Source: Candidatus Moraniibacteriota bacterium (GTDB lineage Bacteria > Patescibacteriota > Minisyncoccia > Moranbacterales > UBA9337). Taken from it: 64,000 nucleotides of DNA. The translations under genes and the position numbers were made by a program. Location of the stretch: assembly GCA_026985555.1 (NCBI GenBank), contig JALSQF010000003.1, positions 62,605 through 126,604 of the forward strand, in the 5' to 3' direction. Of the stretch, positions 29,729 through 39,804 are shown in pieces. The stretch's first letter is position 1, and every line of letters starts with the position of its first letter. The notes beneath the pieces were generated by a model, which worked only from the letters and a program-made list of their open reading frames with translations, searched no databases and was not told the DNA's origin.

Positions 29729-29874
29729 ATCTTGCAGACAATTGGGAGTTGCTATCTTTTGCTCTCAATCAGGGAACTTTATTAGCCCAGACATGGGCGT
29801 TTTGGTCAAGGCTGAAACGTTCCTCGGCACTGTTCTCTCCCCGAGGTTCCTATATTTCGGGTTGTCTGCAAGAT
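29729..29874. ncRNA. candidate structured RNA of unknown family, GC-rich and closed by a 13-bp long-range helix
   Basis: atcttgcagacaa (29729-29741) pairs with ttgtctgcaagat (29862-29874). At least four internal hairpins (attgggag/ctctcaat, gccca-gaca-tgggc, cgtttt/gaaacg, cctcgg/ccgagg). About 50% GC against about 28% in the flanks. Confidence 0.4.
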
Positions 29875-29924
29875 AATGAAAAGAATTTTTTTTATAAAAA
29901 AATAAAAATAATTTTTACAAATAA

Positions 29925-31400
29925 GTGCAAAAAATTAATAAGTCAAAAATATTTTTTTTAAGTAGTTTCAGTTTTTTAGTGGGAATTTTAGAAGAATCTT
30001 TTTTTCCTTTTTCTAAAATTATTCACTTGGAAATAATCGTAAGTATTCTTTTTCTTTGGTTAATAATATACCTTTTTGCTAATAAAAAAGCTAAAATTTC
30101 TATTGTTTTAATATTTTTTCTATTTTTAGGAGTTTTTAGAGTGCAATTAGCTTTAAAAGAAATAAATCAAGGTTATTCTTTTAATCAATTTTCTCAAAAA
30201 GGAATAATAGTTAATGATCCTATTATTAAAAATAATTATCAAAATTTAATAGTTTTAACTCAAGCTAAAGATCAAAAAAATAAAAATCAAAAAATAAAAA
30301 TATTAATAAAAACTAGTAAATATCCTCATTTCCAATATGGGGATAAAATAAATTATTTCTGTCAACCTAGAATTCCTCAAAATTTTTCTTCAGACTTTGA
30401 TTATAAAATGTTTTTAGCTAAAGATAAAATTTATTATGTTTGTTTAGATAATCACATTAAAATTATTCAGTCTAATCAAGGAAATTTTGTCTATAGTTTT
30501 TTATTAAAAACAAAAAAGAAACTAGAAAAAAATATAAATGAAAAACTTCCTCAACCCGAAGCAGCTTTAGCCAGTGGATTACTTTTAGGAGGAAGCCATA
30601 GAATGAGTTTGTCGTTACAGAAGCAGTTTTCTCAAACGGGTATGAGCCATATCGTTGCCGTTTCCGGATTTAATGTTACCATAATAGCTAATTATTTAAT
30701 ATTATTAGGAATTTTTTTGGGATTTAACAGAAAAAATGCTTTTTGGTTAGCTTTATTAGGAATTTTTTCTTTTATTGTTTTAATTGGTTGGCCAGCTTCA
30801 GCAGTGAGAGCGGGAATAATGAGTTCTTTTTTACTCTGGGCTATAAAAAAAGGAAGATTGGGAAATGCAATTAATGTTATTCTACTTGCTGTCGTAGGCA
30901 TGCTATTATTCAATCCACTTCTTTTGCGTTGGGATGTAGGTTTTCAGCTTTCTTTTCTAGCCACTTTAGGATTGATTTTATGGGCACCTCTAGGAGAAAA
31001 ATATTTTCTTCAAAAACATAAAACATTTGGTTTTGGAGAAATATTTTTTCTTACTTTAGTTGCTCAAATCTTTGTTTTGCCTATTATTTTTTCTAGCTTT
31101 CATAATTTTTCACCTCTTTCTTTGCTGGCTAATTTATTAATTCTTAGCGTGCTTCCCTTGACAGTTGGTTTAGTTTTTCTTTTGTCTATAAGTGTGATAT
31201 TTTTTCCATTTCTAACTTTATTCTTTGAATGGTTAAGTTATCTATTGCTTCATTATATAATAATTGTAATTAAAACTTTATCTAGCTGGGGCGTAGTCTA
31301 TAAAATAAATAATTTTTCATGGTATTTTTTTCTATTATGGTATATAATTTTATTTGTTTTTTATTTTTTATTAACTAAAAATAAGATTAAAGATAGATAG
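29925..31400 (+). CDS. comEC: ComEC/Rec2 DNA internalisation channel, membrane domain
   Basis: Polytopic; the SHIVAVSGFNV competence motif. Confidence 0.7.
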   Translation: MQKINKSKIFFLSSFSFLVGILEESFFPFSKIIHLEIIVSILFLWLIIYLFANKKAKISIVLIFFLFLGVFRVQLALKEINQGYSFNQFSQKGIIVNDPIIKNNYQNLIVLTQAKDQKNKNQKIKILIKTSKYPHFQYGDKINYFCQPRIPQNFSSDFDYKMFLAKDKIYYVCLDNHIKIIQSNQGNFVYSFLLKTKKKLEKNINEKLPQPEAALASGLLLGGSHRMSLSLQKQFSQTGMSHIVAVSGFNVTIIANYLILLGIFLGFNRKNAFWLALLGIFSFIVLIGWPASAVRAGIMSSFLLWAIKKGRLGNAINVILLAVVGMLLFNPLLLRWDVGFQLSFLATLGLILWAPLGEKYFLQKHKTFGFGEIFFLTLVAQIFVLPIIFSSFHNFSPLSLLANLLILSVLPLTVGLVFLLSISVIFFPFLTLFFEWLSYLLLHYIIIVIKTLSSWGVVYKINNFSWYFFLLWYIILFVFYFLLTKNKIKDR

Positions 31401-31432
31401 ATTAGGAACTGGAAATATGATATAATAAAAAT

Positions 31433-34015
31433 ATGTCTAAAAAGAAAAAGAAAGAGAAATCAAACAAAACGAAGAAAATTCAAGAAAAAGAAAGAGTTAA
31501 AGTAGAAACACGACGAAATATTGCAGCTATTTTGCTTTTTTTATTAGGAGTATTATTTGTGCTTGGTTTTATTGAACAAGCAGGAATAGTGGGGAGATTT
31601 TTTAATAAAATAGGGGGTTTATCTTTTGGATGGGGAAAGTGGTTGTTTCCTTTAATGCTTTTTTTAACTTCTTTAGTGCTTTTGTTTCGCAAAAAAAATC
31701 ATTTTTATATAACTAAAATAGCTGGCTTAATTTTAGTTTTTTTTGGTTTTCTAGGATTATTTCATTTTACTTTTTCCGAAAAAGAATTTTTAGCAATGGC
31801 AAAAGCAGGAAAAGGCGGTGGTTTTTTAGGATATTTGTTGGCTATTATTTTGTTAAAATTAACAGGAAAAATAGCGGGAATAATTATTCTGATAGCTTTT
31901 GCTTTGATAGGAATTATTTTAGCTTTCAATTTTTCTTTATCTCTTTGGTTACATAAAGTAGTTAATTTTTGGAAAGATATTTTCAAGAAAGATAACGAGT
32001 TAGAAGATCCGGTTCAAACTAGTGGGGAAACTAAAATTAATATTGATACAGAAAATTTAGAAGATGAAAATAATCATTTAGAAACAAATGTGCTAGAAAA
32101 AGTTGCTTTATCGTCTCAAGGAAATAAAGAAAAAAACGAGAAAAAGATAAGTGATTTAACAATGAATTCTCAAAAAAAGATCACTAAAGCAAAGCAGATA
32201 AATCATTCCGAACAATCTCCAGATAAAAAAAATAACATAAAAAATATTAAATTTTTAGATGAAAGTGAAAAAAACAATCAATTGACAAATAATTTAAATC
32301 AGCAGGAAAATCTTTTAGGAGAAAATAGTTTTCAAGAAAATAATTTATTTTTAGAAGAAAATAAGACTGGGAAGAAAAAAAAGGATTTTTTAGAATGGAA
32401 AATGCCGCCTTTCAATTTAGTGGAAGGTAGTTCTCAAAATTTATCAGTTAAAAAAAATACCCGCAAGGAATTAAAAGAGAAACAAGCTAGAATAGTGGAA
32501 ACTCTAAAACATTTTGATATTATTGTAAAACCAGTGGGATTTCAAGAAGGTCCTACCGTTATTCAATACACTTTTTCTCCGGCTATGGGAGTTAAATTGA
32601 GTAAAATAACTTCTTTGAGTAATGATTTAGCTTTAGCTTTAGCTGCTCATTCTATTAGAATAGAAGCTCCTATACCAGGGAAATCTTTAATTGGCATTGA
32701 AGTGCCTAATACTAATCGTTCTGTTTTAATGCCGAGAGAAATATTAAAGGATAAGTCATTTCAAAACTTTAAAGGTAACTTGCCGATAGCTTTAGGTGAA
32801 GACATAAATGGAAAGTATGTAGTATCTAGTTTAGCTCAGATGCCCCATTTATTAATAGCAGGAACTACAGGATCAGGAAAAAGCGTTACGATGAATGCTA
32901 CTTTATTATCTTTATTGTATAAGAATAGTCCGGAAGATTTAAAGTTAATTTTAATAGATCCAAAACGAGTGGAATTTTCTTATTATGATAATATTCCTCA
33001 TTTAGTTTCCAATGTTATCAAAGATCAAAATAGAATAATGAATGCTTTGAAATGGACAATTGAAGAAATGAAAAAAAGATATAAATTGATTGAATTATCA
33101 AAATCAAGAGATATAGAATCTTACAACGAAAAAGCTTTTTTAAATTTATCTTTTCCAGTAGAAGAAAACGGAGAAAAGAAAATTATTAAAAAAATGAGTT
33201 ATATAGTAGTAGTTATAGATGAATTAGCAGAGATAATTATTAATCATAAAAAAGAAGTGGAAAGTTATATTGTACAAATTGCTCAAATGGGTAGGGCAGC
33301 AGGAATACATCTTATAATTTCCACCCAAAAGCCAAAAGCAGAAATAGTAACCAGTTTAATTAAAAGTAATATTCCTTCTAGAATTGCTCTGCATGTTCCT
33401 AATCAGATAGATTCTCGGACCATTATTGATCGTGGAGGAGCAGAAAAGTTGTTAGGAAAAGGTGATTTATTATTTTTAGGACCTAATACAGATCAAATTA
33501 TTCGTTTACAAGGAATTTATGTTTCAGAAAAAGACATTAAAGCGGTTACTGATTTTTGGAAAAAACAAGGAGAAAAAATAAAACTAAAACAGCAATTGAC
33601 AGAAAAAAATGAGGATAATAAAACAGGCGAAAACAAGGAAGAAAATGAAAATAAAGAAGAAAAAAATGACTCTTTTTTAGATGGGCCCAAAGAAGAAAAA
33701 ATTGATTTTAATGATGAAGTATTTGATGATCAATCAGATGAATTATATTTAAAAGCAAAAGAAGTGGCTCTTCAAGCAGGAGAAATATCAGCTTCTCTTT
33801 TACAAAGAAGATTAAGTATTGGTTATCCGAGAGCAGCTCGCTTAATTGACACATTGGAAGAGAAAGGAGTTATTGGACCTCCTCAAGGATTTAAACCAAG
33901 AAAGGTTATTAGTAATGATAATGATAAAGATCAAAATCAAAAAAATTTTTCTAATGAAATTGATTATCAAGATTCTTTAGCGGATCAATCAAAAAGGGAT
34001 AAGTGGCAAATTTAA
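31433..34015 (+). CDS. ftsK: DNA translocase FtsK/SpoIIIE
   Basis: N-terminal transmembrane helices, Walker A GTTGSGKS, C-terminal gamma winged-helix (LYLKAKEV...LQRRLSIGYPRAARLID). Confidence 0.85.
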   Translation: MSKKKKKEKSNKTKKIQEKERVKVETRRNIAAILLFLLGVLFVLGFIEQAGIVGRFFNKIGGLSFGWGKWLFPLMLFLTSLVLLFRKKNHFYITKIAGLILVFFGFLGLFHFTFSEKEFLAMAKAGKGGGFLGYLLAIILLKLTGKIAGIIILIAFALIGIILAFNFSLSLWLHKVVNFWKDIFKKDNELEDPVQTSGETKINIDTENLEDENNHLETNVLEKVALSSQGNKEKNEKKISDLTMNSQKKITKAKQINHSEQSPDKKNNIKNIKFLDESEKNNQLTNNLNQQENLLGENSFQENNLFLEENKTGKKKKDFLEWKMPPFNLVEGSSQNLSVKKNTRKELKEKQARIVETLKHFDIIVKPVGFQEGPTVIQYTFSPAMGVKLSKITSLSNDLALALAAHSIRIEAPIPGKSLIGIEVPNTNRSVLMPREILKDKSFQNFKGNLPIALGEDINGKYVVSSLAQMPHLLIAGTTGSGKSVTMNATLLSLLYKNSPEDLKLILIDPKRVEFSYYDNIPHLVSNVIKDQNRIMNALKWTIEEMKKRYKLIELSKSRDIESYNEKAFLNLSFPVEENGEKKIIKKMSYIVVVIDELAEIIINHKKEVESYIVQIAQMGRAAGIHLIISTQKPKAEIVTSLIKSNIPSRIALHVPNQIDSRTIIDRGGAEKLLGKGDLLFLGPNTDQIIRLQGIYVSEKDIKAVTDFWKKQGEKIKLKQQLTEKNEDNKTGENKEENENKEEKNDSFLDGPKEEKIDFNDEVFDDQSDELYLKAKEVALQAGEISASLLQRRLSIGYPRAARLIDTLEEKGVIGPPQGFKPRKVISNDNDKDQNQKNFSNEIDYQDSLADQSKRDKWQI

Positions 34016-34085
34016 AAAAAAATCTTTATTTTATTATTTTTGTTTATTTAAATAAAAAGCAACAAATTTTTTATGAATTAATTTT

Positions 34086-34766
34086 ATGAATGGATTTAAA
34101 AAGAAAAAAGTAAGAGGACTTACTTTAGGTGAAAAAATGCAAGAATTACGTAATGAAAGAAGAATTAGTTTAAATGAAATATCTAAAAATACTCAAATTC
34201 CTATAAAATATTTAATTAATTTAGAAAAAGGAGATTATGAAAAATTACCAGCCGATGTTTATATTAAGGGATTTTTAAGAAGTTGCGCAGAATATTTAAA
34301 TGTGAATCCTAATATTTTATTGAAATATTATGAGAGAGAAAAAGGTATTCAAAGTAATATCAAAAAAACTTCTTCTAGTTTTCAAAAGAAAATTATTAAT
34401 TTACCTAAAATAGATTTCTTTACTTTTAAATTTAAATATTTTATTATACTAGTATTATTGGTAATATTAAGCAGTGGAGGATTTTTTATATACACAGAAT
34501 TAAATAAATTTATTTCTGCTCCTCGTTTAGTTGTTTTAATTCCACAAAATGGAGAGACAGTTCAAAAAACGGAATTAGTTTTAAAAGGAGTAACAGAAGA
34601 AAATGCAAAGGTAAAAATTAATCAACAACCAATATTAGTTAAAGACCAAGGTCATTTTGAAGAAAAGATTATTATTAAAAAGGGAGAAAATAAAATTATA
34701 ATTCAAGCGGAAAATCGTTTTCACAAAAAAACAGAAAAACAAATTATTGTTTACGGCAAATTTTAA
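34086..34766 (+). CDS. rodZ: RodZ-like cytoskeleton protein (XRE HTH plus transmembrane helix plus C-terminal domain)
   Basis: N-terminal HTH LTLGEKMQELRNERRISLNEIS and a single transmembrane helix. Confidence 0.55.
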   Translation: MNGFKKKKVRGLTLGEKMQELRNERRISLNEISKNTQIPIKYLINLEKGDYEKLPADVYIKGFLRSCAEYLNVNPNILLKYYEREKGIQSNIKKTSSSFQKKIINLPKIDFFTFKFKYFIILVLLVILSSGGFFIYTELNKFISAPRLVVLIPQNGETVQKTELVLKGVTEENAKVKINQQPILVKDQGHFEEKIIIKKGENKIIIQAENRFHKKTEKQIIVYGKF

Positions 34767-34800
34767 ATAAAATAAGTTTGGTAATTAAAAATTAAAAAAT

Positions 34801-35826
34801 ATGGTTAAAAAGAAAAGTGATAAAAAAGCTAGCAATAAAGTTGAAAATACTAAAGTTGCTAAAGTGGTAGACGAAATTAGGGGGAAGTTTGGCGAAGGAA
34901 CAATTATGAAATTGGGGGAAGTAAAAAAAGTAGATGTAGAATCTATTCCCACTGGTTCGGTTTCTTTAGATTTAGCTTTAGGAATAGGAGGTGTTCCGAG
35001 AGGAAGGATTATAGAAATTTATGGACCAGAATCTTCTGGAAAAACAACTTTATCCTTGCATATTATTGCTAATGCTCAAAAAATGGGAGGAACAGCTGCT
35101 TTTGTGGATGCAGAGCACGCTTTAGATCCAGAATATGCTAAAAAAATAGGAGTTAAGATAAATGATTTATTGATTTCACAACCAGACACAGGAGAACAGG
35201 CTTTGGATATCGTGGAAACTTTAGTGCGTTCTGGAGCTATTGATGTAATTGTAATTGATTCAGTAGCTGCTTTAGTTCCACGGGCGGAGATTGAAGGAGA
35301 AATGGGAGATCAGCACGTTGGCAGGCAAGCTCGTTTAATGTCTCAAGCTTTGCGTAAGCTGACAGCTATTATTGCGCGTAGCAATACTACAGTTATTTTT
35401 ATTAATCAAATTAGAATGAAAATTGGAGTAATGTTTGGTAATCCAGAAACGACTACGGGAGGAAATGCTCTAAAATTTTATTCTTCAGTTAGAATTGAAG
35501 TAAGAAGATCAGCTCAAATTAAAAAAGCGGACGAAGTAGTAGGGAATAGAGTAAAAGTAAAAGTAGTTAAAAATAAAGTAGCTCCTCCTTTTAAAACTAC
35601 AGAATTTGATATTATGTATAATGAAGGAATTTCTCGTTCAGGTGATTTATTGGACACGGGAGTAAAGTATGAAGTGATTAAAAAAGCGGGGAATTCTTAT
35701 TCTTATGAAGGAGAAAAATTAGGGGTAGGAAGAGAGAAAGCCAAAGCTTTTTTAAAGGAAAATAAAAAACTTTTTGAGAAAATTGCCAAAAAAATTAATA
35801 AAGTAGTAGAAAATAATAAAGATTAA
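34801..35826 (+). CDS. recA: recombinase RecA
   Basis: GPESSGKTT Walker A; the L1/L2 region is conserved. Confidence 0.95.
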   Translation: MVKKKSDKKASNKVENTKVAKVVDEIRGKFGEGTIMKLGEVKKVDVESIPTGSVSLDLALGIGGVPRGRIIEIYGPESSGKTTLSLHIIANAQKMGGTAAFVDAEHALDPEYAKKIGVKINDLLISQPDTGEQALDIVETLVRSGAIDVIVIDSVAALVPRAEIEGEMGDQHVGRQARLMSQALRKLTAIIARSNTTVIFINQIRMKIGVMFGNPETTTGGNALKFYSSVRIEVRRSAQIKKADEVVGNRVKVKVVKNKVAPPFKTTEFDIMYNEGISRSGDLLDTGVKYEVIKKAGNSYSYEGEKLGVGREKAKAFLKENKKLFEKIAKKINKVVENNKD

Positions 35827-36027
35827 TAAAGTTTTGTATTGAAAAAATAAATTATTTATTATCTTTTTCTGTTTTGCATTTTTATTTAAAGAAAATTAAA
35901 GCTTGAAATTGTTTTAATGGTTCAATTAATGTAAGCTTAATTTATTAAAAAAATAATAAGACTTTTTAACTTATTATTTTTTGTGTAAATTTTTGAAAAA
36001 TAAATCAAAAAGAATGTCTAATATTTT

Positions 36028-36594
36028 ATGACAACAAAGATATTAACTATTGTTCTTCCAGAATATAATTTAAATAGAAGGCCAAATTATCTTAAGATCG
36101 GTCAGAAAGTAGATACACTGATAGAGAAAAATTTATCTGATGGAGAATATCTTTATAGAGCGATAGGAAAAGATGATCATCCCCATCTTTCGTTAGATAA
36201 ATTGATAAATATTATTCTTCAATTAGGAACTGATAAATATGATTTTCAAAGAAAAGAAGTTTGTTTTGAAGAGTTTTCTGGATATGATCATGATATTCAA
36301 GCTGGATTTTTTAAAATAAAAAACCATAAAATTATCTTAGACAATTCTTATGAATATCCTTCGTTATTTGGTGATACTATAAAAAATTTTTATGAAAATG
36401 CCTTATTAGACAGAGGATTTAAAGTTAGAATTGATATCCTTATGATTTATGATGCTAAAAAATTAGTTAGAGCTAGAAAAACTAACCATAAAAAGAAAAG
36501 CGTAAATTCTGAACTAGAAAAATGTTTATATAAATTTAAAAATCCTCAACAAAAGAGAGATGCATTAGTAGCAATAGTTAAAATTTTAAGGTAA
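36028..36594 (+). CDS. hypothetical protein
   Basis: ORF only. Confidence 0.3.
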   Translation: MTTKILTIVLPEYNLNRRPNYLKIGQKVDTLIEKNLSDGEYLYRAIGKDDHPHLSLDKLINIILQLGTDKYDFQRKEVCFEEFSGYDHDIQAGFFKIKNHKIILDNSYEYPSLFGDTIKNFYENALLDRGFKVRIDILMIYDAKKLVRARKTNHKKKSVNSELEKCLYKFKNPQQKRDALVAIVKILR

Positions 36595-36660
36595 AGTTTT
36601 CTCTTGGATTTCAAATAGTATATAATATATATAAGTGCTGAAAAATTAAAAAGTTTAAGA

Positions 36661-39600
36661 TTAAAAACTAGTTACTCGCCTTACTTCTTCAAAAGTAGTT
36701 TTTCCTTGAATAATTTTTATAATTCCATCTTCATACATAGTTATCATACCATTTTGTACGGCTTTTTGTTTTATATCAGTAGCTAAAGCTCTTTGAGCAA
36801 TAAGATGGCGAATACTATCATCTACAACCAAAACTTCACTGATAGGCGCGCGTCCTTTGTAGCCGAGATGATTACATTTTTCACATCCGTTAGGTTCGTA
36901 AATATATTCTGGAAGAGTAATTTCTAAATCTTTTATTTTAGAAGAAACAGACTTAATAATTTTTTTAAATTCTTCTTTTTCTTCTGGTTTGATTTTTCTT
37001 CGTTTTTTACAGCTACATAATTTTCTTACAAGGCGTTGAGACATAAAAGCATTAGCAGAGTTGGCTAAATTATCAGCATCTACACCTAAACCTATTAGGC
37101 GGGGTGCTACTCCAGAGGCGTCGTTAGTACGCAAAGTTGATAAGAGTAAATGACCACTTATAGAAGCTTGCACTGTGATTTTAGCGGTTTCATCATCACG
37201 AATTTCTCCAACCATTAGAATATCGGGATTTTGCCTAAGAAGAGAACGTAGCGCTGTAGCAAAAGTATAATTCTTTTCTTTATTTACTTGAGTCTGTAAT
37301 ATTCCCTTCAGTTGATATTCAATGGGATCTTCTACTGTGATGATTTTTAATTCTGGCTGACTAAGTCCACTTAGAATGCTGTAAAGAGTAGTAGTTTTTC
37401 CTGAACCAGTGGGTCCAGCGTTAAGGAATAGGCCATTAGGTTTGCTTGTTTCTTGAATAATCCTCTTTAAATTATAAGGGAGAATTTCTAATTGTTCTAT
37501 ATCTTTAGCAATAGCCGAATGGTTTGAAAATTTCATTATAACTGTTTCACCATATCCTCCTGCTATAAATGATATTCTAATGTTTACTTTAGTTTCTTGA
37601 ATAATAGAATTATTTTCTATATAGAGAGTAAAACGGCTATCTTTTAAGCCAACTTGTTTTTCCGATTTGAGTCCGCTTAATAATTTTAATTTACCTAGTA
37701 AGAAAGGGTATTCATCAAGTGGAATTCTAGCCATATTTTGAATAACTCCATCAATACGATAACGTATAACTACATCTTTTTCTTCAGGCTCAATATGAAT
37801 ATCTTCTGCTTCCCAAAGAAGAGCGCCAGTTAAAATGTATTCAGTTAATTTTTTAAAAGGAGTTTTTTTAATTAAAGATTGAAACTTTTGAGGAGAATGA
37901 GAGTATTCTTTAATTTTGTCAATATTTTTTTTCTCTATGTTTATTCCTCTAGATAAGGATTGTTCCATTAATTTATTATAGAGATTTTTTAAGAATTTAG
38001 TTTCACCGGCTACTCTTTGGACTTCTTCTAATGAAGTGATTCCTTCTATGGCTTTGATAATTCCATCTTGAGCCATAGTAACCATACCCTCTTCAATAGC
38101 TGTTTGAGTAATAGTATCTTCACTTTCCATTTTTAAAATAAGTTGTTTAATATTTTCACTAACTGGCAACACTTCAAAAATACCTATACGTCCTTTATAA
38201 CCAGTGTAGTTGCAATGAGAACAACCCCGAGAACGATAAAGAAAATCTATGTTTTTAGGTATGGTAATATTTGAGCGAGGAGAAATAACAGAAAGTAGTT
38301 CTTTTAATAAATTAGCAACTTTGTCAGCAGGTTTGTATTTTTCTTTGCAATAAGGACATAGTTTACGAACAAGTCGTTGTGCCATAAAAATATTGGCTGA
38401 AGCAGCGATTAAATTAGGACGCGCTCCTAATTCTATAAAACGAGGAATAGTTCCTGCCGCATTATTAGTATGAAGAGTAGATAATACTAAATGTCCAGTT
38501 AAAGCAGCATTAATAGCAATATCAGCAGTTTCATCATCTCTAATTTCTCCTACAAGAATAATGTCAGGATCTTGTCTGACAATGGCTCGTAATCCTTCTG
38601 CAAAAGAATAATGGCGATCTGGAGCTACCTGGGTTTGAGAAATATTTTCAATTTGATACTCAATTGGATTTTCTATGGTAACAATTTTTACTCCGGGTTT
38701 ATTAAGCAAATTAATAAAAGAATAAAGAGTAGTAGTTTTTCCTGAACCAGTGGGTCCAGTAGTGAGAATCATTCCATTTGGTCTAGCAATTTCTTTTTTT
38801 ACTAATTCATAAGCTTTTCCTCTTAATCCTAACTTTTCTATAGTTAATAAAACCTTTCTTTGATCTAATAAACGCATTACAATAGTTTCTCCATAATTTC
38901 CAGGAAGAACACTAGATCTTATATCTATTCTTTCTTTATTTACTTTTATAGTGAAATGTCCATCTTGAGCAATATCATGAAGATTTATTTTCATTTTACT
39001 CATCATTTTTAAACGAAAGATTATCTGATGGTGAATTTTTTTTGGAAAAAAACCTATATCTTGTAAAACTCCATCAAGTCTATAACGTAAACGTATTTGA
39101 TCATCCTGTGGTTCTAGATGGATATCGCTAGCTCCCATTTTTAAAGCTCCAGCTATAATAGTGTTAATGATTTCTGTTGTGGGTAATTCTAATATCCTTT
39201 CTTTTAAATTGATAAGATTCTTAAATTTTTCTTCAAATTTATCTAAATCTTTTGTAGTTAGGTTGGCCTGAGTAAGATCTAAAAAAGTTAAGTATTTTTT
39301 TTCATTATATTTTTTCCAAGCTTTTTCTAAAGAAGAAAAAGAAACTATATAAGGAGATATTTGCCAACCTTTTTCTTTTTTAAGATAATCAAGATATTTT
39401 TTAAAACCAGGAAGAGCAGGATTAAATATAGCTAAACGAATACGTTTATTAGTTTTTTGAAAAGAAGCTATTTTAAATTTTCGGGCATCTTTTTCTGGAA
39501 TAATTTGAACTGTTTCAGGATCAATGGCAAAAAGGGAAAGATCTATATAAGGTAAGTGATTTTCTTTAGCTAAACGGAAGGCTAATTCTTCTTCAGAAAG

Positions 39601-39690
39601 ATGTTGTAATTTTTTAAAGGTTCTTTTTAAACGTTCTTCTTTTCTTTTTTTCCAGGGAGATAGAAATTTTTTCTTTATTATTTTGACCAT
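36661..39690 (-). CDS. tandem-fused double PilB/GspE-type type IV pilus / type II secretion ATPase
   Basis: Two complete N2 + ATPase + zinc-finger units. Walker A GPTGSGKTTTLYS occurs twice. The (D/E)IH(L/I)EP...RYR(L/I)DG block occurs twice. Cys4 clusters occur twice. Confidence 0.8.
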   Translation of the reverse strand: MVKIIKKKFLSPWKKRKEERLKRTFKKLQHLSEEELAFRLAKENHLPYIDLSLFAIDPETVQIIPEKDARKFKIASFQKTNKRIRLAIFNPALPGFKKYLDYLKKEKGWQISPYIVSFSSLEKAWKKYNEKKYLTFLDLTQANLTTKDLDKFEEKFKNLINLKERILELPTTEIINTIIAGALKMGASDIHLEPQDDQIRLRYRLDGVLQDIGFFPKKIHHQIIFRLKMMSKMKINLHDIAQDGHFTIKVNKERIDIRSSVLPGNYGETIVMRLLDQRKVLLTIEKLGLRGKAYELVKKEIARPNGMILTTGPTGSGKTTTLYSFINLLNKPGVKIVTIENPIEYQIENISQTQVAPDRHYSFAEGLRAIVRQDPDIILVGEIRDDETADIAINAALTGHLVLSTLHTNNAAGTIPRFIELGARPNLIAASANIFMAQRLVRKLCPYCKEKYKPADKVANLLKELLSVISPRSNITIPKNIDFLYRSRGCSHCNYTGYKGRIGIFEVLPVSENIKQLILKMESEDTITQTAIEEGMVTMAQDGIIKAIEGITSLEEVQRVAGETKFLKNLYNKLMEQSLSRGINIEKKNIDKIKEYSHSPQKFQSLIKKTPFKKLTEYILTGALLWEAEDIHIEPEEKDVVIRYRIDGVIQNMARIPLDEYPFLLGKLKLLSGLKSEKQVGLKDSRFTLYIENNSIIQETKVNIRISFIAGGYGETVIMKFSNHSAIAKDIEQLEILPYNLKRIIQETSKPNGLFLNAGPTGSGKTTTLYSILSGLSQPELKIITVEDPIEYQLKGILQTQVNKEKNYTFATALRSLLRQNPDILMVGEIRDDETAKITVQASISGHLLLSTLRTNDASGVAPRLIGLGVDADNLANSANAFMSQRLVRKLCSCKKRRKIKPEEKEEFKKIIKSVSSKIKDLEITLPEYIYEPNGCEKCNHLGYKGRAPISEVLVVDDSIRHLIAQRALATDIKQKAVQNGMITMYEDGIIKIIQGKTTFEEVRRVTSF

Positions 39691-39804
39691 TTTTTATTTT
39701 TATTTGAGTATTAATTAAAGAAAGTAGGATATAAAAAATAATTTATTTATAGTATAAACTATTTTAATTAGATAAACAACAATATTTTTTGTTCTTTAAA
39801 TTTT

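Noticed and set aside
29749-29961. 70-aa ORF over the GC-rich intergenic element upstream of comEC
   Set aside because: It has no RBS and overlaps a region better explained as structured RNA. It is probably spurious.
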